Shown: one piece after another, positions 8,544 to 18,444 of the stretch
Layout: every line of letters starts with the position of its first letter
Position numbering within the stretch: position 1 is the first letter of the stretch
Source: an uncultured Actinomycetota bacterium
Lineage (GTDB): Bacteria; Actinomycetota; Actinomycetes; Propionibacteriales; Nocardioidaceae
Assembly (NCBI GenBank): GCA_963759965.1
Contig: CAVXBM010000016.1
Coordinates: forward strand, 65,033 to 129,032
Length of the DNA: 64,000 nucleotides
Direction of reading: 5' to 3'
Program-made: the position numbers and the translations under genes
The notes under the pieces: model-generated
The model's database searches: none
Seen by the model: the letters and a program-made list of their open reading frames with translations, nothing else
What the model was told of the DNA's origin: nothing

Positions 8544-11500
8544 GTGCGAGTGCGCGTGCTCGGGCCGAGCCGGCTGGAGGCCGCGGGGGGCGACCAGGTC
8601 GACCTCGGGGCCCGTCGGCCGCGCTCGATCCTGGCGGCGCTGGCGCTGAGGCGCGGCACCGAGGTTGCCGCGGAGTCCCTCGTCGACCTCGTGTGGGGGG
8701 ACACGGCCCCGCCCGGCGCGCACGGCACGCTGCACTCCTACATCTCGGGGCTGCGCCGTTCCCTCGAGCCCGAGCTGAAGCCGCGGGAGAAGCCGACGGC
8801 GCTCGTCACCACGGACCGCGGCTACCGCCTCGCCCTGCCCGTGGAGGCCGTGGACAGCGCCGCCTTCGCCGACGCGGTCCGGGCACGGCACCGGGACCTG
8901 GCACCCCTCACCGGCCTGCTCACCGGGGAGGGCGCCGAGGCGTGGCCCGACCGGTCCTCGGTGTCCGGGTGGGTCGACGAGCTCGAGGGGCTCCTCGGCT
9001 GGTGGACCGGTGAGGCGTACGCCGACCTGCCCGACCATCCCGAGGTCGACGCAGCACGGGCCGGCCTGGAGCAGCTGCGGCTGCAGGCCGAGGACGACCG
9101 GGACCTGGGGCTGCTGGCGCTCGGCGACCACGCGACCGTGGTGGCTGCGACCGAGCAGAACACCGCCCGCAACCCGCTGCGGGAGTCGACCTGGGCCCTG
9201 CACGCCCTGGCGCTGACCCGCTCGGGCCGGCAGGCGGACGCGTTGGAGGCGCTCCGGCAGGTGCGCTCGGTGCTCGCCGAGGAGCTCGGCATCGACCCCG
9301 GCCAGGAGCTGCGCGACCTCGAGCAGAAGGTGCTGGAGCAGGATCCGCTCCTGCTCCGCCGCCTCCCGGACACGGTGGCCGTGCCGGACGTCGCGCCTGC
9401 CGTGACCAGCGCACCGCTGGCCCCGGCGCGGAGGGCGGGCGGAAGCCCCTGGACCACGGTGGGGCGCGCCAAGGAGGAGCTCGCGCTGCGCGAGGTGCTC
9501 GACCTCGCCGACGCCGGCACTCCCGCGTGCGCACTGCTCGTCGGCGAGGCGGGCATCGGCAAGACCCGCCTGGTGGAGGATCTGGCCGCGGAGGCGATCG
9601 CCCGCGGCTTCGCCGTCGGCGTCGGGAGGTGCTCCTCCGACGAGGGGGCCCCGCCCCTGTGGCCCTGGGTCGGTCTCCTGCAGGACCTGGCGTCGCACGA
9701 GGGGACCGCGCTCACCGCTAGCGTGCGCGAGGTCCTCGCCGGCGTGGAGAGCGGCTCGGACGACCCGTCGGCCGACCCGACGGAAGACGCGTTCCGCACC
9801 TGGGAGGCGCTGGGCCGCGAGGTCACCGACCGGTCGCTGCACCGTCCGGTGCTCGTCGTGCTCGACGACCTGCACTGGGCCGACGCGACCAGCCTGCGCG
9901 TGCTCGCCCACCTGCTGAACGCGTTGAGCACCCGGCAGCGGCTCGCCGTCGTGGCGACCCGGCGCGCGTGGCCGGGTGCCTCCCTCGCCGGGCCGGAGGT
10001 CGACGAGTCGTTCGCGCGCCGCCACGTCGCGCGGCTCGACCTCACGGGGCTCGCGGAGGACGACACCCTCGCGCTGGTGTCAGCCGTCAGAGGGACCGAC
10101 GTGCCCACCGAGACGGCCGAAGCGTGGCGGACCCGCGCCGCGGGCAACCCGTTCTTCCTCGTCGAGCTGGCCCGGGCCTCGGGCTCGGATGCCGACGGCG
10201 CGCTGCCGACGACCGTGCGGGACGTGGTGCTGCGCCGGGTCGGCGCTCTTCCCGAGCAGACCCGGGACCTCCTGCTCGACGCCGCCGTCCTGGGCCGTCG
10301 CTTCTCCGTGGAGGTGCTCGCCCGGGTGGTCGAGCGGGACGTCGGCGCGGTCGACACGGACCTGCAGCCGGCGCGAGACGCAGGTCTCGTGATCGACGTC
10401 GACGAGCAGACCGTGACCTTCTCTCACGCCCTGACCCGTGACGCGGTGGCCGGCTCCACCTCGGCACTGCGCCTGGCCCGGCGGCACGCGCGCGTGGCGC
10501 ACGTGCTCGAGCACGACGAGGAGGTCCTCGCCCTCCTCCAGCCCGAGGAGCGCACCGCGGAGCTCGCCCGGCACTGGCTGGCCGCAGGCCCGACGCACGT
10601 GGGCCGGGCCTGGCGGGCCGCCGCCGAGGCCGCGGCGCAGGCGCGACGCTCGTTCTCCCACGAGGAGGCGGCGGCGCTGCTCGGCGGCGCCGTCGAGGCG
10701 CACCGTCGGGACCCCCAGGGCACCCCCGAGGAGCACTTCGACCTGCTCCTCGCCAAGGCGCGCGACCACCAGAGCTACGCCGACTGGGCGAGCGTCGTCG
10801 CCTGCGCCTTCGAGGCGGTCGCGCTCGCGCGGCACGAAGGCGATCCCGTGCGCATGGCGCGGGCTGCGGCCGCGTTGACCGACCGGACGATGTGGCTCGC
10901 CCACGGGTGGAACCAGGTGCACGAGGACGCGATCGACGACCTGCGGTGGGGGATGCGTGAGCTGGCCGCCCACGACTCCCCCGAACGTTGTCAGCTGATG
11001 CTCGCGCTGGCCGTCGAGCTCTACTACGACCCGACCGCGACCGCGGAGCGCGCGGCCCTCGTGGACGAGGGGCTCGCGATCGCGCACCGGATCGACGACG
11101 ACCGGCTGACCGTCTGGGCCTCCCGCACCGCGTGGCTCGCTCTCTGGAACCCCTGGCAGCTGACCGAGCGCACCGCCCTGTCGACGGCTGCGTTGGACGC
11201 GGCTCGACGCGCCGGCGACCCGGACCTCGTCGCCGTGAGCCTCGCCAACGCCGCCGCGGACGCGATGGAGGCGGGTGACCGTGCCGGGTTCGAGCGGCTG
11301 GCGGGGGAGGCGACACGGCAGGCCCGTCGGCGGCGGCTGCTGTACGTCAACCTGGCTCTCGGCTGGGTGGAGCTGCACCTGGCGTCGCTCCGGGACGACG
11401 AGGACTGGCTCGAGGGCTGCGTGGCGGCGCTCCGCCCCCTGATCGCGAGCACCACGGTGATCGACGTGGACGTGCAGCTCGCGGCGCTCGAGGTGGTCCC

Positions 11501-11972
11501 GTTCGTGTGGCGCGAGCAGAGGCTGGTCCCGATCCTCGACATGCTCGTCGCCGTGGTGTCCGAGACGCCCGAGGAGATGGCCCTCGACCTGCTCCACACG
11601 ATCCTTCCGCGGCTCGACCGGATGGACGACGCCCGGCGTGTGCTCGACGCCTGGGTCCCGCACCGGGTGCCCAACTGGACGTCGGCCTCGACGCTCGCCT
11701 CGCTCGCGGAGTCCGCGCACGCGCTCGGCGACCGCGCCAAGGCGCAGCTGGTCCGCGACGGGCTGCTCCCCCTGAGCGGCCGGATGGCCCTCGCCGGGAT
11801 CTCCGCCGTGCAGGGTCCGGTCGACGGCTACCTCGCACTCGCCGAGGCGACCCTCGGCGAGCTCACGGCGGCCCGCGGGCACGCCGACCAGGCTCTCGTG
11901 GACGCGGAGAAGTGGGAGCTGCCGCGCTACGCCCGGTGGCTCACCGAGCTGCGCACCCGCGGCGGCTTCTGA
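8544..11972 (+). CDS. SARP/AfsR-type regulator: OmpR-like winged helix + BTAD + P-loop NTPase + helical-repeat C-terminus
   Basis: In-frame GTG within ORF 7674..11972. The N-terminus is VRVRVLGPSRLEAAGGDQVDLGARRPRSILAALAL. Walker A is GEAGIGKTRL and Walker B is VLVVLDDLHWAD. Confidence 0.8.
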   Translation: MRVRVLGPSRLEAAGGDQVDLGARRPRSILAALALRRGTEVAAESLVDLVWGDTAPPGAHGTLHSYISGLRRSLEPELKPREKPTALVTTDRGYRLALPVEAVDSAAFADAVRARHRDLAPLTGLLTGEGAEAWPDRSSVSGWVDELEGLLGWWTGEAYADLPDHPEVDAARAGLEQLRLQAEDDRDLGLLALGDHATVVAATEQNTARNPLRESTWALHALALTRSGRQADALEALRQVRSVLAEELGIDPGQELRDLEQKVLEQDPLLLRRLPDTVAVPDVAPAVTSAPLAPARRAGGSPWTTVGRAKEELALREVLDLADAGTPACALLVGEAGIGKTRLVEDLAAEAIARGFAVGVGRCSSDEGAPPLWPWVGLLQDLASHEGTALTASVREVLAGVESGSDDPSADPTEDAFRTWEALGREVTDRSLHRPVLVVLDDLHWADATSLRVLAHLLNALSTRQRLAVVATRRAWPGASLAGPEVDESFARRHVARLDLTGLAEDDTLALVSAVRGTDVPTETAEAWRTRAAGNPFFLVELARASGSDADGALPTTVRDVVLRRVGALPEQTRDLLLDAAVLGRRFSVEVLARVVERDVGAVDTDLQPARDAGLVIDVDEQTVTFSHALTRDAVAGSTSALRLARRHARVAHVLEHDEEVLALLQPEERTAELARHWLAAGPTHVGRAWRAAAEAAAQARRSFSHEEAAALLGGAVEAHRRDPQGTPEEHFDLLLAKARDHQSYADWASVVACAFEAVALARHEGDPVRMARAAAALTDRTMWLAHGWNQVHEDAIDDLRWGMRELAAHDSPERCQLMLALAVELYYDPTATAERAALVDEGLAIAHRIDDDRLTVWASRTAWLALWNPWQLTERTALSTAALDAARRAGDPDLVAVSLANAAADAMEAGDRAGFERLAGEATRQARRRRLLYVNLALGWVELHLASLRDDEDWLEGCVAALRPLIASTTVIDVDVQLAALEVVPFVWREQRLVPILDMLVAVVSETPEEMALDLLHTILPRLDRMDDARRVLDAWVPHRVPNWTSASTLASLAESAHALGDRAKAQLVRDGLLPLSGRMALAGISAVQGPVDGYLALAEATLGELTAARGHADQALVDAEKWELPRYARWLTELRTRGGF

Positions 11973-11987
11973 CCGCCCTGACCGCCG

Positions 11988-12704
11988 TCAGCCGTTGAGC
12001 AGGTTGCCCATCAGACCGCCGCCACCGCCGCCGCTCCCGCCGCCGGCGGGGTCGCCTGCCCACTCCGAGGGCTGGACGACGACGAACCCCGGGCCGTGGA
12101 AGGCGTACTGGAACGCCTCGCCGCTGCCGCCCCGGAGCATCGACTTCATGTTCATGCTGTTGACGACCTGCGGCACCAGGCCGGCCGACCAGGCGACGGC
12201 CGCCTGCACGTCGACGTACGTCGGCTGCTGCGTGCAGTCGAGGACCACGGGGTGACCCACGGTGCACAGCGCCACGGACCCGGTCCCGGTGACCGTGGTG
12301 TTGAACAGGCCGCCGGCCATCATCCCGGCGCCCTTCACCCGGTTGATGTCCCAGGTCATCGCGGCGTCGAAGGCCAGCAGGTTGCGTCCGTTGACGCTGA
12401 GGCCGTCGCCGTCGAGCTCCAGCAGGTAGACGTAGCCGGCGGAGTTGGCGAAGAAGACCTCGCCCTGGCCGCTGACCCGCATCAGCGGGATGTCCTCGGA
12501 GGTGAGCACCTTCTTCAACAGCTTGCCCATGCTGCCCGAGCCCTCGTGGTCGAAGCGGACCTGGCCCTGGAAGGCCACCATCGCTCCCTTGACCGCGAGC
12601 ACGTCCGGGCCGAGGGAGACCCGGAGGAGCTGGGAGTTCTGCAGCGCGAACCGCTGCTGCGTCTCGTTCTCGAGGTTGCCCTGGGCGAACAGCTCACTCT
12701 TCAT
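11988..12704 (-). CDS. AIM24 family protein
   Basis: 238 aa with the pattern ..LRVSLGPDVLAVKGAMVAFQGQV..FFANSAGYVYLLELDGD.., typical of AIM24/DUF124. Confidence 0.75.
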   Translation of the reverse strand: MKSELFAQGNLENETQQRFALQNSQLLRVSLGPDVLAVKGAMVAFQGQVRFDHEGSGSMGKLLKKVLTSEDIPLMRVSGQGEVFFANSAGYVYLLELDGDGLSVNGRNLLAFDAAMTWDINRVKGAGMMAGGLFNTTVTGTGSVALCTVGHPVVLDCTQQPTYVDVQAAVAWSAGLVPQVVNSMNMKSMLRGGSGEAFQYAFHGPGFVVVQPSEWAGDPAGGGSGGGGGGLMGNLLNG

Positions 12705-12728
12705 GGCTCCACCCTAGGAGACGGCGGA

Positions 12729-12754
12729 GGGCCGGTCGCCTGGGCGACCGGCCC
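12729..12754 (-). terminator. Hairpin downstream of the protease-like gene
   Basis: GGGCCGGTCGCC-TG-GGCGACCGGCCC is a 12-bp inverted repeat. Confidence 0.5.
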
Positions 12755-12783
12755 TCGTGGCTGCGCGACTGTCGTCGCTCAGG

Positions 12784-14595
12784 TCACTTCTTGACGACCA
12801 GGCGGAACGACTTCGAGCCGCCGATCACGTCACCCTGCGGCGCACTGACCGTCGGGTCCGAGGCCTGGCCGGTCTCGAAGCTGAACAGCGTCGCGGAGAC
12901 CTGGTCGTTGCGCGGAGCGTCCTGGATCGAGTCGATCAGCGAGTCGAACGACCCGGCCCGACGTGCCTGGGCCTTGGCCGCGCTGCGAGCAGCGCCCTTG
13001 AAGAAGAACTCGCCGAAGTCGCCGCTGCCGACGACGACCTCGCCGACCTCGCCCTGGCCCCAGGTCACCGGGACGTTGAGCGGGACGACCTTCTCGGGCA
13101 GCTCGTCGCGGAACGAGCCCAGGGTGGCCCGCAGCTTGAGCACCTGGCCCGGGTGCGCGACGACCTTGGTGCGCCGGGTCACGCGGGTCCAGGAGCTGCC
13201 CTGCTTCACCTCGACGTAGCTGATCGTGTAGCGGCTGTAGTCGGGTGACAGCTCGCCGTCGAAGGTGACGCTGTCGATGTCCACGGCCGTGTACTTGTTG
13301 CTCTGCAGGCGGTAGAGCACGTCGTACAGCTCGTAGGGCGCCATGTAGGCGATGTCCCAGCTGTCGGCCATGACGTTGTCGCGCTGCACCGTGAAGGGGT
13401 CGCCGGCCTTGGTGGTGCCGGTGATCGTGAAGCCGTAGTCCGCCGTGCCGTCGGTCACCGCGTCGAGGACCTTGGCGCCGTTGGCGACGACGCCGAGAGC
13501 GGCGAGGTCGGGCAGGAAGTCCGGCATCGACACGTAGGTGTGGCCGGTGCGGCTGCCGCCCTCGGTGCTCTCGATCGTCGAGGTCACGTCGGTCGTGTCG
13601 GGGATCTCGCCGCCGAAGCCGGCGATGCCGACCTGCCGGTCCTGGTCGATGGTGCCGACCGGGCCCGTCGGGTTGGACACCTTGTACGGCGCGCCCAGGG
13701 AGTCCTCCTGGATGTACAGCGCGTCCGCGTCGTGCAGCGTGAGCGAGGTCTTGCCCTTCCAGTCGAACGGATGGCCGAACCCGACGACGTCGTCGCCGCA
13801 GACCATCGTGACGGTGCCCGTGCCGACGGCGGAGAAGTCGCCGTACGACAGGGAGGCGGCGAGGTTGCCACCCGGGACGAGTCCCCCGGCGGCGGCCGCG
13901 CGCTGCGCGGGTGCGGCGCCGGAGCGGTAGACCTTCACGTTCTTGAGCCCGAGCCGCTTCGTGGCCTTGTTGAGCCGCTTCGTCGTGCTCATCCCGGAGA
14001 CGGCGAGCGGGGTGGCGAGCTGCTTCATGCCGCCGTCGGCCTCGGCCCGGGTCAGCGTGCCGCGGGCGACCAGCCGGTCTGCGGTGCGCTTCGGGATCGC
14101 GACCTTCTGCGCGGCCTGCCGCGCCGGCGCCTCGAGGTCGAGCAGCTTCTGCATGTCCTCGGCGGGCGTGATGCCGGCGACCGGCGACGGGCCGTAGGAC
14201 AGGCCGTACGCCACGGCGCCGATGAGCGTGCCGTCCTCGGCGTAGACCGGCGAGCCGGACATGCCGGCCCAGATGCCCCCGACGCGGTCGATCTCGTCCG
14301 AGGTCAGCCGCATCATGATCATGTCGACGTCGGGTGCGATGCCGTCCTGCAGGACACCGATCACCTTTCCGGTGAACGGCTCGGGCGTGGCGCCCTCGCT
14401 CACGGTGAGCCCGTCGACCGGTTGGTCACGGACCAGGTCGGCAGAGGGGAACGCCTCGGGGCAGGTGTCGAGCGGAGCCGAGGTGGCGGAGCCGCCGGGG
14501 GCCGAGGTCATGGCCGCGGTCACCGCCAGCGTGGCGAGGGACGCGACCAGCGCGGAGCGCTTGGTGCGTGCGGGGGGCAAGGACGGTCGGAACAT
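12784..14595 (-). CDS. Secreted serine-protease-like protein (GMSGSP motif; S1/S55-like N-domain plus a large C-terminal region)
   Basis: ATG 14595 is preceded by GGAGGGG. Signal-like MFRPSLPPARTKRSALVASLATLAVTAAM. Contains GIWAGMSGSPVYAEDGTLIGAVAYG. Confidence 0.65.
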   Translation of the reverse strand: MFRPSLPPARTKRSALVASLATLAVTAAMTSAPGGSATSAPLDTCPEAFPSADLVRDQPVDGLTVSEGATPEPFTGKVIGVLQDGIAPDVDMIMMRLTSDEIDRVGGIWAGMSGSPVYAEDGTLIGAVAYGLSYGPSPVAGITPAEDMQKLLDLEAPARQAAQKVAIPKRTADRLVARGTLTRAEADGGMKQLATPLAVSGMSTTKRLNKATKRLGLKNVKVYRSGAAPAQRAAAAGGLVPGGNLAASLSYGDFSAVGTGTVTMVCGDDVVGFGHPFDWKGKTSLTLHDADALYIQEDSLGAPYKVSNPTGPVGTIDQDRQVGIAGFGGEIPDTTDVTSTIESTEGGSRTGHTYVSMPDFLPDLAALGVVANGAKVLDAVTDGTADYGFTITGTTKAGDPFTVQRDNVMADSWDIAYMAPYELYDVLYRLQSNKYTAVDIDSVTFDGELSPDYSRYTISYVEVKQGSSWTRVTRRTKVVAHPGQVLKLRATLGSFRDELPEKVVPLNVPVTWGQGEVGEVVVGSGDFGEFFFKGAARSAAKAQARRAGSFDSLIDSIQDAPRNDQVSATLFSFETGQASDPTVSAPQGDVIGGSKSFRLVVKK

Positions 14596-14665
14596 GGGGT
14601 GTTCCCCTCCGGAACGGGGCCGAGATGGCCGGCTGCGAGCCGTCACGAGCGTGACTCTCGCACCT

Positions 14666-14686
14666 CTGACGCTCGGGGCGCGTCAG
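14666..14686 (-). terminator. Hairpin downstream of cca
   Basis: CTGACGC-TCGGGGC-GCGTCAG forms a 7-bp stem. Confidence 0.4.
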
Positions 14687-14699
14687 TGGTTGCCTGACT

Positions 14700-16181
14700 C
14701 TAGGAGGGGTTTTCCTCGGCCGCGGGGATTTGGCCCTCACGCGCGGACCACCAGGTGCGCAGCTCGGCCTCGGCCTCCTCCGGGGCGAGGGGACCGCGCT
14801 CCATCCTCAGCTCGAGCAGGAACGCGTAGGCCTGCCCGACGACCCGTCCGGGGCCGACGCCGAGGACCTCCATGATCCGGTTGCCGTCGAGGTCGGGCCG
14901 GATCGCGTCGAGCTCCTCCTGCTCGGCCAGCCGGCTGATGCGCACCTCGAGGTCGTCGTAGGTGCGGCGCAGCCGGTCGGCCTTGCGCTTGTTGCGCGTC
15001 GTGCAGTCGGCCCGCGTCAGCACGTGCAGGCGGGCCAGCTGGTCCCCGGCGTCGCGCACGTAGCGGCGGACCGCGGCGTCGGTCCACTCCCCCGAGCCGT
15101 AGCCGTGGAACCGAAGGTGCAGCTCGACCAGCTTGGCCACCGCCTCGGTGACCTCGTTGGAGAAGCGCAGGGCCTTCATCCGCTTGCGGGTGAGCTTCGC
15201 CCCGACCACGTCGTGGTGGTGGAAGGTGACCGTGCCGTCGTCCTGGAACCGTCGGGTGCGCGGCTTGCCCACGTCGTGCATCAGCGAGGCGAAGCGCGTC
15301 ACGAAGTCGGGGCCGTCCCCACCGAGGCGGCCCTCCATGTCGATGGCCTGCTCGAGCACGGTCAGGGTGTGCTCGTAGACGTCCTTGTGCCGGTGGTGCT
15401 CGTCGCGCTCCAGGGAGAGCGCGGGCAGCTCGGGGAGGACGCGCTCGGCCAGCCCGGTCTCGACCAGCAGGGTCAGGCCGCGACGGGGTCGGGGCGCGCA
15501 GACCAGCTTCACCAGCTCGTCACGGACCCGCTCCGCGGACACGATGCCGATCCGGTCCGCCATGCCCGTCATCGCCTCGACGACCTCGGGAGCCACGGTG
15601 AAACCGAGCTGGGCCGCGAACCGGGCGGCACGCATCATCCGCAGCGGGTCGTCGGAGAACGAGTCCTCCGGCCGTCCCGGCGTGCGGAGCACCTGGTGCG
15701 CGAGGTCGACCACACCGCCGTACGGGTCGACGAAGGTGCGGTCGGGAAGCGCCACGGCCATCGCGTTGACGGTGAAGTCGCGGCGGCCCAGGTCGACCTC
15801 GAGCGAGTCGCCGTAGACCACGGCAGGCTTGCGGGAGCCCGGGTCGTAGTGCTCCGAGCGGTACGTCGTGATCTCGACCGTCCAGGGCCCCTTGCGACAT
15901 CCGATGGTCCCGAAGTCACGCCCCATGTCCCAGGTGGCGTCGGCCCAGCCGTCGACGAGCCGCTCGGTCTCGTCGGGCGTCGCGGACGTCGTCAGGTCGA
16001 GGTCCTGGTGGGCACGTCCGAGCATCGCGTCGCGGACCGGGCCCCCGACGAGCGCCAGCTCGTGCCCGGCACCGGTGAAGATCGCTCCCAGCTCGTCGAG
16101 CACCGGGCCCAGCCGGTCGAGCTCGGCGGCGACACGCGCCTGCACCTCCACCATGGAGAGGGAAGACGAGGGTCCGGGCAC
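14700..16181 (-). CDS. cca: CCA tRNA nucleotidyltransferase / poly(A) polymerase family, HD domain
   Basis: 493 aa with LALVGGPVRD, DLDLTT and HD motif HRHKDVYEHT. Its position matches mycobacterial pcnA. Confidence 0.9.
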   Translation of the reverse strand: MPGPSSSLSMVEVQARVAAELDRLGPVLDELGAIFTGAGHELALVGGPVRDAMLGRAHQDLDLTTSATPDETERLVDGWADATWDMGRDFGTIGCRKGPWTVEITTYRSEHYDPGSRKPAVVYGDSLEVDLGRRDFTVNAMAVALPDRTFVDPYGGVVDLAHQVLRTPGRPEDSFSDDPLRMMRAARFAAQLGFTVAPEVVEAMTGMADRIGIVSAERVRDELVKLVCAPRPRRGLTLLVETGLAERVLPELPALSLERDEHHRHKDVYEHTLTVLEQAIDMEGRLGGDGPDFVTRFASLMHDVGKPRTRRFQDDGTVTFHHHDVVGAKLTRKRMKALRFSNEVTEAVAKLVELHLRFHGYGSGEWTDAAVRRYVRDAGDQLARLHVLTRADCTTRNKRKADRLRRTYDDLEVRISRLAEQEELDAIRPDLDGNRIMEVLGVGPGRVVGQAYAFLLELRMERGPLAPEEAEAELRTWWSAREGQIPAAEENPS

Positions 16182-16233
16182 GGGACACCACTGTAGAGAC
16201 CGAGGCGGAGGACGTCCGCATCGCTAGCCTGAC

Positions 16234-18444
16234 GTGGTGAACCCGCCAGCGACCCGACGTCTCGTCGTGGCCACGCTGGTGGCGCTGCTGATGGGGCTGG
16301 TCCTCGCGGTCCTGCCCGTGGCCGGCACGCAGGCGGCCGTGGCGCCCGGGACCGCGACGAACGGCCGCACCCGGGCCGAGGCGGCTGCGCGGGTCGTCGA
16401 CGAGAGCGATCCGCTCGAGGTCGTCATCCGTCGGCTCACGCCCAGCACGATCCCCGACCGCGGCAAGGACGAGATCACCGTCTCAGGACGGATAGTCAAC
16501 CGGTCCGACTCCACCTGGAGCGGGCTCAGCGTCTACCTGCTCACCTCGTTCGCGCCGATCACCACCCCGACCGACCTCCTGGCCGCGCAGCAGTCCGACC
16601 CACGCCTCGAGCTCGGCGGCGACCGGCTGATCACGCCCGGTCTGTACGAGGAGGTCCCCGACCTCGCGCCGGGCGACTCGACGAGGTTCACGATCACGGT
16701 CACCCGCGACGACCTCGAGATCTCGGGCGACTCCGGGGTCTACTGGCTCAGCGTCCAGGTGCTCGGCTCCGGTGACGAGGGGCGCCTCGAGGGTGCCGAC
16801 GGACGCGCTCGTACGTTCATCCCGCTGGTGCCCGAGGACACGCCGACGACGTCGCTCGCGCTCGGCCTGCAGTTCCGCAACCACGTGGTGCGCGCCCCCA
16901 CCGGCGAGCTGCAGTTCCTGCCGACGTGGCAGCAGACCTTCACCAAGGACGGCCGGTTCGGGCGGCTGGTCCGGATGAGCCGGACGTCCGGGGAGTTCCC
17001 CCTGACCTGGGTCGTGGACCCGGCGGTGCTCCAGGCAGCGGAGTCGGTCGCGCAGGGCAACCCGGCGACCACGCTCACCGCCGACCCGGGCCAGACCGCC
17101 GAGGAGAAGGCCTCCGCCGCGGGTGACGACGCGCCGACCGACGAGGCCGACCTCCCCGCCGAGGCTCGCATCGCGGCGAGGTGGCTGCAGGACTTCGACC
17201 GCGACGCGAACGGGCACACGGTGCTCGGTCTCCCCTTCGCGGACCTCGACGTGAGCGCCGCCGATCGCGCCGGCGCCGACGCCCTCGTCTCGCGGTCGCT
17301 GCAGCAGAGCACCGACGTGCTCGACGCCCGCGGCATCTCGTCGCGGCCCGTCGTCTCCCCGCTCAGCGGCTACCTGTCCCCCCAGGCCGCCACCGACCTC
17401 GACCCACGCGTGCCGGCGCTGTTGTCGACCAGCGCCGCCCCGGACGTCGCGGCGACCGGGGCGCCCGTCGCGGAGCGCACGACCGGCGGCCGGGTGGTCG
17501 TGGTCCCGAGCAGGACCTCGCTGTTCCAGCCGCAGCCCTCCGACGAGACCTCGGCCCTCGGGGTCCGGCAGAGCCTCCTCGCGCAGGTCGCGCTCCATGC
17601 CCTCTCACCCGTGGCCGCCGAGCAGCCGATGGCCGTGCTGCTGCCCCCGAGCTGGGACCCGGGGAGCGCGTGGCGAGAGGCGAAGTTCTTCCGGGGCCTC
17701 GACCTGCCGTGGATCCAGCCGGGCTCGCTCACCGGCCTGCTCGACCGCGAGACCGGCGACGTGCAGGTCGACCCGGAGCGGCTGGTCATCCCCGACTCGG
17801 AGGTCGAGAGGGAGCTCCCGGCGTACCTCGTGGCCTCCGTGCAACGGGTGCTGTCCGCCACGGTGACCCTGCAGGAGCTCCTCACCGAGGAGTCCACCAT
17901 CGGCGACCGTCTCGACGAGATGGCCCTGCTCGGCACCTCGTCCTGGAGCCGGCGCTTCCCCGGGGTCGCCGCAGAACGCGCCCGTGCCGTCCGCGGGCAG
18001 ATCCGCTCATGGCTCGGTCAGGTCCAGGTGCGGGGGCCGTCCTTCGTCACCATGTCGAGCGAGACGGGACGGTTCCCGATCACCATCGTCAACGGTCTCG
18101 ACCAACCGGTCACCGTGGGCCTGCGGACGTCGGTCTCCGGCGGCTCGCTCGAGGTCGTGACCCCCGGCCCCGTCGAGCTCGCACCGGGCGGACGCCAGGC
18201 GCTGCGCATCGAGGCCACGTCGTCGGACATCGGCATCCACCAGGTGCGGATCCAGCCGGTCACCAGCAGCGGGAAGGTGCTCGGCCAGGGCACGACCCTC
18301 AGCGTCCGCAGCAGCAGGGTCGGGCTCATCGTCTGGGTCATCATGGCCGTCGGCGCCGGCTTCCTCTTCATCGCGATCGCGATCCGGCTGACCCGGCGGA
18401 TCAGCCGGCACCTGCGACGGCAGCGCTCCGGAGCAGCGGCGTGA
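16234..18444 (+). CDS. DUF6049-like secreted/anchored protein (Rv3909-like)
   Basis: 736 aa with an N-terminal signal/TM and a C-terminal TM (VGLIVWVIMAVGAGFLFIAIAI). Lies upstream of murJ with a GTGA overlap. Confidence 0.75.
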   Translation: MVNPPATRRLVVATLVALLMGLVLAVLPVAGTQAAVAPGTATNGRTRAEAAARVVDESDPLEVVIRRLTPSTIPDRGKDEITVSGRIVNRSDSTWSGLSVYLLTSFAPITTPTDLLAAQQSDPRLELGGDRLITPGLYEEVPDLAPGDSTRFTITVTRDDLEISGDSGVYWLSVQVLGSGDEGRLEGADGRARTFIPLVPEDTPTTSLALGLQFRNHVVRAPTGELQFLPTWQQTFTKDGRFGRLVRMSRTSGEFPLTWVVDPAVLQAAESVAQGNPATTLTADPGQTAEEKASAAGDDAPTDEADLPAEARIAARWLQDFDRDANGHTVLGLPFADLDVSAADRAGADALVSRSLQQSTDVLDARGISSRPVVSPLSGYLSPQAATDLDPRVPALLSTSAAPDVAATGAPVAERTTGGRVVVVPSRTSLFQPQPSDETSALGVRQSLLAQVALHALSPVAAEQPMAVLLPPSWDPGSAWREAKFFRGLDLPWIQPGSLTGLLDRETGDVQVDPERLVIPDSEVERELPAYLVASVQRVLSATVTLQELLTEESTIGDRLDEMALLGTSSWSRRFPGVAAERARAVRGQIRSWLGQVQVRGPSFVTMSSETGRFPITIVNGLDQPVTVGLRTSVSGGSLEVVTPGPVELAPGGRQALRIEATSSDIGIHQVRIQPVTSSGKVLGQGTTLSVRSSRVGLIVWVIMAVGAGFLFIAIAIRLTRRISRHLRRQRSGAAA

